Source of the DNA: Bdellovibrionota bacterium
GTDB taxonomy: Bacteria; Bdellovibrionota_C; UBA2361; JBGSMV01
Assembly: GCA_044356455.1 (NCBI GenBank)
Contig: JBIKWF010000111.1
Location: 1 to 14,526 of the forward strand
Direction of reading: 5' to 3'
DNA: 14,526 nucleotides
Part shown: one piece after another, positions 7,960 to 14,526 of the stretch
Numbering within the stretch: the stretch's first letter is position 1
Layout of the letters: the number at the start of each line of letters is the position of its first letter
Program-made: the position numbers and the translations under genes
The notes under the pieces: model-generated
What the model was told of the DNA's origin: nothing
The model's database searches: none
Seen by the model: the letters and a program-made list of their open reading frames with translations, nothing else

Positions 7960-8759
7960 ACTCTGTGTTATTCCCCAGGGATTCTAGTCGCGAAGCCACA
8001 CTGGCGCAGGCACTTGGAGAGTGTGCCCCTGAGCAGCTATGGAAAGTTCAGATCTATGAGCGCTTTTCTTCAACGATGGACGCAGCGCGTAACCTTGCAA
8101 CCGAGCTTGCGCCTCAGCAGTCGGGGATAGTGCTTGCCGATGAGCAGCTCTCGGGCAGGGGCAGGCAAGGGCGAAGCTGGTTTTCCGCAAAGGGTGGGTT
8201 CGCAGGGACCTTTGTCTTTCGGTCTGAGCAAAGCCTTGCAAGCATGGTGGGCTATTCTCTGGTCGTGGGCTGCGTGGTGCGCTCAGTGTTCCAGTCTCTG
8301 GGTGCGTCGGTGGGACTTAAGTGGCCCAACGATGTGCTTTCCCTGGATCGGCGCAAGGTGTGCGGAGTTTTGATTGAGCTTTCAACTCAGGCAGGGATTA
8401 CCTCAGTCTACACTGGCATTGGTATAAACCTTCTTGATTCTCCGGCGGAGGTGCCGGAGAGCACGTCTCTTTATGCGCTTTCCGGACTTAAATTTACTCC
8501 GGATGAGTTCCTTAAGAGACTGGCGCCAGAACTGCTCAGTGCCTGGAATACTTTTCGCATGCAGGGATTTTCTGCATTTAGAGAAGAGTGGCTCCTTGGC
8601 GCGCTTTTTAGTGGCGAGCAGCTCTCCTTTGATGTTGGCGCAAGGATTGTATCTGGTCGTATGGTAGGGGTAAGTGATCAAGGAGCGCTCCTGCTTGAGA
8701 AAGACGGAGAGATCTCCGAGGTCTCGTCAGGGCATCAGGTTGAGCCATCGCTAAGGTAG
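7956..8759 (+). CDS. birA: Biotin--[acetyl-CoA carboxylase] ligase, group I (no N-terminal HTH)
   Basis: SSTM, Q..GRGRQGRSW.S, KWPND, KVCGVLIE, GIGIN and a C-terminal SH3-like G.L.L segment. ATGA overlap with the nadC stop. Confidence 0.95.
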   Translation: MNSVLFPRDSSREATLAQALGECAPEQLWKVQIYERFSSTMDAARNLATELAPQQSGIVLADEQLSGRGRQGRSWFSAKGGFAGTFVFRSEQSLASMVGYSLVVGCVVRSVFQSLGASVGLKWPNDVLSLDRRKVCGVLIELSTQAGITSVYTGIGINLLDSPAEVPESTSLYALSGLKFTPDEFLKRLAPELLSAWNTFRMQGFSAFREEWLLGALFSGEQLSFDVGARIVSGRMVGVSDQGALLLEKDGEISEVSSGHQVEPSLR

Positions 8760-8774
8760 AAAGGGGGAGGGGCT

Positions 8775-9587
8775 ATGAGCGAGGACGCAAAGAGTGAGCG
8801 TACGAAAAGCGACCACGGGCTCTTGCTCACGGTTGATATCGGTAACACTTCGCTTGCCTGTGGATGGTTTGAGGGTAGCGAACTTCGAGAAGAAGCCCGC
8901 TTTAAGACCGATGCGGGGCGGACTTCTGACGAATATGTGGCGCTCCTCTCTTCTTTGCTTAAGGCGAGAGGCTCCGGAGAGCTTCCTAAGGTAAGACGAG
9001 CCGTCGTTTCAAGCGTCGTGCCTCAAGTTACGTCCATGGTTACCGATGCCATTAAGGAACTTTTCAAAACAGACGCCCTTGTTGTGGGACCCGGAATAAA
9101 AACTGGTATGCAGCTCAGGGTTCAAGAGCCGCAGTCTCTTGGAACGGACCGAGTAGTAAATGCGCTTGCGGCGCGTGAGCTCTATGGAGTTCCAGCGCTC
9201 GTTATCGATTTTGGCACGGCCACAGCCTTTGACATCATCGGAGCGGATGGATCATACGAGGGAAGTGTCATTGCTGCAGGGCCCTCTCTTAGTATCGAAG
9301 CGCTCGTGATGCGCACCGCGAAGCTTTCGCGAGTGGAGCTCCTTTGGCCAAAATCTGTGGTGGGGAAAACCACTATGGGAGCAATGCAGTCAGGCGCGGT
9401 GATAGGGTACGCGGGGCTACTTGAAGGACTTATCTCTCGAATCGAGCAAGAAGTGGGGGCCTTGAAGCATATCATCGCTACTGGCACACACGCCGAGCTC
9501 TTTATGCGGCATGTTCCGCGCATCCAGCATTTTGAGCCACATCTTACGCTCCATGGCCTAAGGCTGATTGCGGGGCTTAATTCTTAA
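8775..9587 (+). CDS. coaX: Type III pantothenate kinase
   Basis: DIGNT, SSVVP, LGTDRVVN, VIDFGTATAFD, TAKL, VGKTT..AMQSG, LTLHGL. Strong RBS GGGGGAGG. Confidence 0.95.
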   Translation: MSEDAKSERTKSDHGLLLTVDIGNTSLACGWFEGSELREEARFKTDAGRTSDEYVALLSSLLKARGSGELPKVRRAVVSSVVPQVTSMVTDAIKELFKTDALVVGPGIKTGMQLRVQEPQSLGTDRVVNALAARELYGVPALVIDFGTATAFDIIGADGSYEGSVIAAGPSLSIEALVMRTAKLSRVELLWPKSVVGKTTMGAMQSGAVIGYAGLLEGLISRIEQEVGALKHIIATGTHAELFMRHVPRIQHFEPHLTLHGLRLIAGLNS

Positions 9588-9597
9588 TTGTTTCCCT

Positions 9598-10341
9598 ATG
9601 AGTGATAACGGTCCATTACCACCGCCCCCGCCGTCTTCTCCTCAAGAAGTTGCAGAGCTTAGCAAAACTCTAGAAGGCGAAGAGATTTCATCCCAAGAGC
9701 GCGCTGAGCTTGAGCTCGTGATTTCTGGCCGCGATTCAATTGAGCTACCCCATGCATTTACCGGTGAGGATCCCGTGAGAGAGCGAGCCCCGAGCCGAGG
9801 GCCTCCGGTGCGTATGGAGAAGCCAGTTCCGATCTCTGGCTCTGCCTCTTCTGAGGAAGATGAAAAAGAGGAAGAGCAAGTCGCCCAAGAATCCACGCCT
9901 GCGGTCTTTGTAAACGAAGCGGAGGACGATGGAGATGTGCGTAATTCCATCGCAAAAATGAAGCTTCCGGAAAAAATTAAAGCAGCGATGTTTGGAAATG
10001 CGACGGCTCGCACTCTTTTAATTCGTGATTCAAACCGGCTGGTGCAGCAGTTTGTACTTAAGAATCCGCGTATTCAGCTCAGGGAGATTGAAGACTTCGC
10101 CAAGAACCCTAATCTCTCAGAACAGGTGCTGCGTCTCATTTCCGGCAATCCCGCGTGGACCAAATCTTATTTGGTCAAACTAAACTTGTCGATGAACCCA
10201 AAGACTCCAAGTGATCTTTCAGTGAAATGGGTGCGCTATCTGAATCAAACAGATGTGCGCAGGCTATCAAAGTCTCGCAATGTGCCCCAGGTAGTAGTGA
10301 CCTCGGCTCGGCGCAGGCTTGAAGAGCTGCAGAAAAAGTAA
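9598..10341 (+). CDS. Conserved hypothetical protein: disordered acidic/Pro-rich N-terminus plus helical-repeat-like C-terminal domain
   Basis: ATG 9598 lies 10 nt after the coaX stop. The C-terminal EKIKAAMFGNATARTLLIRDSNRLV...VLKNP...W.KSY.VKLNL..NPKTP...L...D...LSKSRNVP pattern matches, from my recollection, an uncharacterised family common in deltaproteobacteria-like genomes. Confidence 0.8.
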   Translation: MSDNGPLPPPPPSSPQEVAELSKTLEGEEISSQERAELELVISGRDSIELPHAFTGEDPVRERAPSRGPPVRMEKPVPISGSASSEEDEKEEEQVAQESTPAVFVNEAEDDGDVRNSIAKMKLPEKIKAAMFGNATARTLLIRDSNRLVQQFVLKNPRIQLREIEDFAKNPNLSEQVLRLISGNPAWTKSYLVKLNLSMNPKTPSDLSVKWVRYLNQTDVRRLSKSRNVPQVVVTSARRRLEELQKK

Positions 10342-10387
10342 GTGGATAGCATCCGAAGTAGACACGCTCCAATACTAGGACCTTTTT

Positions 10388-10882
10388 ATGCCCAGTCCGA
10401 TCTCAATAAATTCGCATTCTCATCAAGATGCCCAAATGCCAAAACTTGAGTTCCAGATACGAGGAATGGAGCCAGGCGATATTCCGGCGATTCGGGCTCT
10501 GCTTGAGAGAACAGAGGGAGTAACCCTTCTTCAGTCTGAAACAGATGCCATCTTAGTCGCTGCTTTAAATCGGAATAGAGCAGGCTGCAGTGCCGCGACC
10601 CTCACGGATGGCACTGTGGTGGGGTGTTGTTTTGGATTGCATGATGGCCTGCGCGGGAGCTTTCGACATGTGGCGGTAGATTCAAGCTACCAGCGTAAGG
10701 GAATAGGCGCGGCGCTACTTGCGCCTGGCTATCAGTATTTTAGTACTGAAGGCATTTCCCGGATAATTATTCAGGTCGCGGAAAGCAGCTCCTTGGCGCA
10801 AGCTTTCTGGCAGTCGCAAGGATTTAGGGTTTCCTCCGGTGCGGGAGGAAAAGTGGTTTCAATGACCAAAGATTTGGCTTGA
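10388..10882 (+). CDS. GNAT family N-acetyltransferase (YpeA-like); start may be ATG 10436
   Basis: IRGMEPGD, HDGLRGSFRHVAVDSSYQRKGIGAALL (acetyl-CoA motif A) and AQAFWQSQGF. Confidence 0.9.
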   Translation: MPSPISINSHSHQDAQMPKLEFQIRGMEPGDIPAIRALLERTEGVTLLQSETDAILVAALNRNRAGCSAATLTDGTVVGCCFGLHDGLRGSFRHVAVDSSYQRKGIGAALLAPGYQYFSTEGISRIIIQVAESSSLAQAFWQSQGFRVSSGAGGKVVSMTKDLA

Positions 10883-11034
10883 GGGCTCGGAATTTTTCAG
10901 ATATTCCCTAGGAAATTCACGCATTCTTAAGGCTCTCACATCCGGAGTGCCACCTTCCATCAAGCGTCCCCTCTATTGCGACGATCCCTAGCTTTACTCG
11001 GAAAGAAAGGGCGGTGCGAACAGGATCTCAGTCT

Positions 11035-11808
11035 ATGTCGCATCACCATACTACACGTTCGTATTCTGCTCAGGCTTCACTGTCTGAAGCCACCCCTGGG
11101 GGTGAAGAGCTTATTTATGAGTATCTTCCCCTCGTGCGGCGCACGGCGCGTAAAGTTGCGTCTCGCTACCACTGTGACTCTGAACTTAGGGAGTTAATCA
11201 GTGCAGGGGTTGAAGGGCTTCTCAGTGCCTCGCATGAGGTCCAAGGACACCACGAAGAGCAGCGATTGGGTTTTGTGAGAGGGCGCATTGCGTCCTTCAT
11301 GCTCCGGCATGTCCGGACGTTAGATCAATTGTCACGTCAAGACCGTAGGCAACTCGATAGACTAGAGCGCTGCTTACGGGATCTTGAAAGTCGCTTGGGG
11401 CGAGAGCCAGAGAGTGACGAGGTGGCGCTCGCTTTTGGTACTACGGTTGAAGAGATTGACCGCATACGTGAGTTGCATCACGAAGAGATTCCGATAGAGG
11501 AAGAGGTCGTCTCATCGCTTCTTGAAGATCAGGATCACGTCTCGGTCGGTGGAAGGGTAGGGGAAGTCATCGACTCTGAGGGCAAGGATCCCTTGGCGGT
11601 GATACTAAGTGCCGAGAACAGTCTTCTCGTTGAGCAAGCTCTTGATTCGCTGCCAGAGAGAGAACAGGACTGTATCATCTGGTCGTTCTACGATGGATAT
11701 ACCTTGAAGCAGGTTGGCGAAATGCTAGGCGTCACCGAGGCGCGCGCCTCTCAGCTTCGTACTTCTGGCATGAGGCGAATGCGGAAATTTCTTAGAAGAT
11801 ATCAATAA
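11035..11808 (+). CDS. RNA polymerase sigma factor, FliA/WhiG (sigma-28) family, divergent
   Basis: YLPLVRRTA and ELISAGVEGL (region 2.1-2.2), LGREPESDEVA (region 3), LPERE...YDGYTLKQVGEMLGVTEARASQL (region 4 HTH). ATG 11035 is chosen over GTG 11014. Confidence 0.88.
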   Translation: MSHHHTTRSYSAQASLSEATPGGEELIYEYLPLVRRTARKVASRYHCDSELRELISAGVEGLLSASHEVQGHHEEQRLGFVRGRIASFMLRHVRTLDQLSRQDRRQLDRLERCLRDLESRLGREPESDEVALAFGTTVEEIDRIRELHHEEIPIEEEVVSSLLEDQDHVSVGGRVGEVIDSEGKDPLAVILSAENSLLVEQALDSLPEREQDCIIWSFYDGYTLKQVGEMLGVTEARASQLRTSGMRRMRKFLRRYQ

Positions 11809-11822
11809 AGGGCGCGAGTCGC

Positions 11823-11841
11823 GCGTGAGGTCTACTCACGC
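11823..11841. terminator. Hairpin between the convergent sigma and membrane-protein genes
   Basis: Perfect 7-bp stem GCGTGAG-GTCTA-CTCACGC. There is no clear adjacent U-tract on either strand. Confidence 0.3.
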
Positions 11842-11886
11842 AAAGACGGCTTAAATAATCCCACTCAACGCGTGGCCTTTTGCGAA

Positions 11887-12543
11887 TTAGGCTTGTGCCT
11901 CGGTCTGGTGTTTCCCATATAGCTTGAATTGGAAAAGCAGAAGGGAAGTCGCAAGGAATCCAACTGCGGCATTCACAAAGGGCGCCCAGTGTTCCTGAAG
12001 ACCAAGCAGCGCCGGGTAAATGAGCCACACACCCCAGTCAAGGAAATGAAGAACCTCCTTTTGCAGGCTTAGATCTTTGACGGATTTTCGCATTCGATTC
12101 AAGCGAAACTGGTCGAGGCTTCCAAGGTGCAGCAAGAAAAAGCTCGCCACCACCCCCGTGAGTCCCAAGATTTCTGAGTAGGGGAAGAGAAGCTCTCGCC
12201 GAAGACCGCCCAAAATCAGCGCTGCAAAGCACCCTATGCTCACGAGGCCGGTGATTAAGAGCAGCCCGGGCGATCGTTTTGGTTCGTAGTGGTAGACTTG
12301 CGCGAGAACTGCGCTGCACCCCAGAACCATGGCTCCACAACCGAGCAGCAGGGGGAGGTTCATCTCTGGTGTCGCGATTGCGATAAGAACCCATATCGAC
12401 TGAGAGACGAGGGTTCCTACGTAGCGCAGTGGCGAAATCGCGGCAGTACTGCTTACTCTTGCATTAAGAATTGCCTGATGGACAAGTCCCCAGGCTGCTA
12501 AGATGAGAAATGCGGTGGCAAGTACGGCGAAAAATGCGATCAT
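11887..12543 (-). CDS. Predicted 7-TM protein with two SemiSWEET/PQ-loop-like repeats (SWEET-like architecture)
   Basis: RBS AAGGA. Ungapped internal repeat QAILNARVSSTAAISPLRYVGTLVSQSIW vs QFRLNRMRKSVKDLSLQKEVLHFLDWGVW. The halves end LAQVYHY and LFQFKLY, with one hydrophobic linker helix between them. Confidence 0.7.
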   Translation of the reverse strand: MIAFFAVLATAFLILAAWGLVHQAILNARVSSTAAISPLRYVGTLVSQSIWVLIAIATPEMNLPLLLGCGAMVLGCSAVLAQVYHYEPKRSPGLLLITGLVSIGCFAALILGGLRRELLFPYSEILGLTGVVASFFLLHLGSLDQFRLNRMRKSVKDLSLQKEVLHFLDWGVWLIYPALLGLQEHWAPFVNAAVGFLATSLLLFQFKLYGKHQTEAQA

Positions 12544-12618
12544 ATTTTCCTTAGTTTTGCTGAGCCGCTGACTGCGGAGGTTCCTTGGGAGCTGGTAAGT
12601 ACCTCTACTCTTACTACG

Positions 12619-12697
12619 CCTCTGTGCTCCTCCGTATCCTCTGCGGTGTATTTCTTAATGAAGATTTCGCCACAGAGGACACGGAAGTACGCAGAGG
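12619..12697. repeat. REP-like imperfect palindrome, same family as 1949-2012
   Basis: CCTCTGTGCTCCTCCGTATCCTCTGCGG (12619-12646) vs CCACAGAGGACACGGAAGTACGCAGAGG (12670-12697) is 22/28 reverse-complement identical around a 23-nt AT-rich loop. It shares CCACAGAGGACAC exactly with the first element. Confidence 0.8.
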
Positions 12698-12756
12698 TTC
12701 AGATTTTCGAGTCGTCCCGCAGTAATAGGCGGGGCATACAGGATGCAGCACGCCTT

Positions 12757-14526
12757 TTAAAATCCCTTACCAACCTCCTGGAACACATTCTCCATCGCCA
12801 CGAGTGCTGAGCGCCGAAACGTTCCGTCCGCAGCTTCAGAGACCTTCTCGAGGTCCGTAAAGTCGGATCCCTCTCGATCGACTGCGATGATAACAAGATT
12901 AATATCGTTCTCATTTGAGGAGCGTTTTACCAAGCTCATCAGGCTTACAAGCGAAATGTCTGAGTTCTTGTCATTGCCGTCGGTGAAAACCACAATCATC
13001 TTGCGATAGGCTTCGAGGTTTGGCTTTTGGGCGAGCTCAATGGCCGATTTAATTCCATCATAGACACCGCTGCCTCCGAGTGCCTGCACGGTATCTAATT
13101 TGGGGATTACTTGACCGCTGTTCTTCGTGAAATCAGAGAGCACGGTAGAATCGGAATTAAAAGTAATGAGCGCCTTTAGGTCATTCTCAGATGAGTGAGC
13201 AAGCAGTGTTCGAAACTGCTCCTTGCCCGTGTTCAGTGCGTCTCCCTCCATGCTTCCAGAGGAATCAAGAACTAAGATAAAGGCCGCAGGTCGTCTAAGC
13301 TGTGGCCAAGAGCCAAGGAGATAGGAAGAAACTTCGCTAGGAACGGGGGGCAGGACTACTGCTTCGCTATCCACAGTTTCCTGGGTTGCGCGCGGCTCTC
13401 GCGATGTGGGCGCCTTTGCTGCTGTTGTTTTGGAGTTGATTTGAAACCCAAGGTGCTTCGCGTCAGCCTGCACCGGGTCAGAGATAAGGAAATCCTTTAA
13501 TAGTTTCAGAGCCGTTCTGTGACCAGGAGAGACCCAGTCAGCGTCAGAGGTACAGAGCTGATAATTTTCCCAGTACGTTCCCTCCCTCGTGCGAAGAGCG
13601 GTGAGCTGCATGCTCGGGTCCAGTTGCTGCTGATTGAACTGAATGAGCTGCTGCTCGGTGGTAAGAGCAAAGCGGGGCCTGCGACCAGAGGATGTCGCTG
13701 TTTTTGCGAGCAGAAAGCTCTCGCTTAAGGGGTACGTAAACACGGCACGCTGGTAGCTTTTGAGTGCATCAAGTGAACTTGGTTCCCTGAGCCTGGTAAT
13801 GGTAAGGGGGGCGCTGGGGGCTTTCGTAGAGGCAGCTTCGGGGATCATTCCCTCGGCGGAGCGTGGGCTTCCCTGTGTTGCCTGTACGGGGTCGAGCGCC
13901 GCGAGATAGGCAAGCTGAATAAGTGAGCCCAGACCAGTGGTTGAGGCACGGGGCTGCGCATGACTAATGGAGAGAAATCCTGCCATAGGCTCTTCTTTTC
14001 TCTGCGAGCCTGGATTTGGCTTTGGGAACAATTGCTCCCAAGAGAACACGTTGCCCGTGGGATTGAGCAGTGCGGCTTGATCGGGACGAGCGGCGACCAC
14101 CACGGGCGTTCGGAAAAGTTCCGTGCATTCTACTTGCCCGGGTCCTAAATTTATCCTTGTTTCATTTGCTAAGTTTACGAGACTTGAGGAAGGGGCAATC
14201 CAGCCCTCCGTCTTTAACTCGCCGCGTGCAATCCGCTGCGCTGCCACAAGTCCCATTTCGCTGATAAGTTCTATTCGAACAGGATCGCCGTTGGGAAGCC
14301 TTGGGGCATTCACCATGAATTGTTCACGAACTGAGCTCAGAAATGCTCGAAGTTCAGGGCCGTGGACTAAGCGAATAACACTGGGAGATGCGCCGCCATC
14401 ATCAGCGGGTGAAGAGGGGCCTCCGCAGCTTCCAAGAACTAACAGGGACAGGGCGCCGCAGGCGGTTGTTGCAAGTGCCCAGGACTTTCTGGACCAGTGG
14501 AAGGGTTTCCCACGTCCTCTCCTATT
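12757..14526 (-). CDS. Lipoprotein with extracellular solute-binding-like domain and C-terminal von Willebrand factor A domain; start lies beyond the right window edge
   Basis: vWA MIDAS VLDSSGSM, plus GGSGVYDGI and VFTDGND. SBP-type motifs WIAPSSS, TPVVVA, HAQPRASTTGL. My translation shows the frame open upstream of ATG 14316 to the window end (...KSWALATTACGALSLLVLGSCGGPSS...VIRLVHGPELRAFL...), including the lipobox LGSC with Cys at 14425-14427. Confidence 0.88.
   Translation of the reverse strand, partial: NRRGRGKPFHWSRKSWALATTACGALSLLVLGSCGGPSSPADDGGASPSVIRLVHGPELRAFLSSVREQFMVNAPRLPNGDPVRIELISEMGLVAAQRIARGELKTEGWIAPSSSLVNLANETRINLGPGQVECTELFRTPVVVAARPDQAALLNPTGNVFSWEQLFPKPNPGSQRKEEPMAGFLSISHAQPRASTTGLGSLIQLAYLAALDPVQATQGSPRSAEGMIPEAASTKAPSAPLTITRLREPSSLDALKSYQRAVFTYPLSESFLLAKTATSSGRRPRFALTTEQQLIQFNQQQLDPSMQLTALRTREGTYWENYQLCTSDADWVSPGHRTALKLLKDFLISDPVQADAKHLGFQINSKTTAAKAPTSREPRATQETVDSEAVVLPPVPSEVSSYLLGSWPQLRRPAAFILVLDSSGSMEGDALNTGKEQFRTLLAHSSENDLKALITFNSDSTVLSDFTKNSGQVIPKLDTVQALGGSGVYDGIKSAIELAQKPNLEAYRKMIVVFTDGNDKNSDISLVSLMSLVKRSSNENDINLVIIAVDREGSDFTDLEKVSEAADGTFRRSALVAMENVFQEVGKGF

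Noticed and set aside
10388..10882. GNAT as the toxin of a toxin-antitoxin pair
   Set aside because: No adjacent small RHH/DUF1778 antitoxin gene, and the sequence resembles YpeA-like GNATs.
14501..14526. Minus-strand AGGAGAGGA followed by GTG as the start of the SBP-vWA gene
   Set aside because: That GTG is out of frame with the gene and meets a TAG after 24 codons. The true frame runs off the window.

Overview
Bacterial chromosomal segment that is mostly housekeeping. Gene content and order resemble the former Deltaproteobacteria (Bdellovibrionota/Myxococcota/Desulfobacterota); this is inference only. In order, it holds: the 3' part of dnaE; an unknown protein with a Tat-type signal peptide; a cytoplasmic alkaline-phosphatase-superfamily (nucleotide pyrophosphatase-like) enzyme; a small secreted hypothetical protein; an AI-2E permease; the cofactor cluster nadC-birA-coaX followed by a conserved hypothetical gene; a GNAT acetyltransferase; and an orphan FliA/WhiG-type sigma factor with an unusually divergent region 2. 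On the minus strand at the right are a 7-TM protein made of two SemiSWEET/PQ-loop-like repeats and an SBP-vWA lipoprotein whose real start lies beyond the window. Intergenic DNA carries two different REP-like palindrome families: CACAGAG-unit hairpins at about 1.95 kb and 12.65 kb, and a three-copy TGTCCCGT cluster at about 5.15 kb. I see no CRISPR, rRNA, tRNA, transposase, prophage or defence system. The best leads are the fused double-SemiSWEET-like protein, the degenerate sigma-28 and the repeats.
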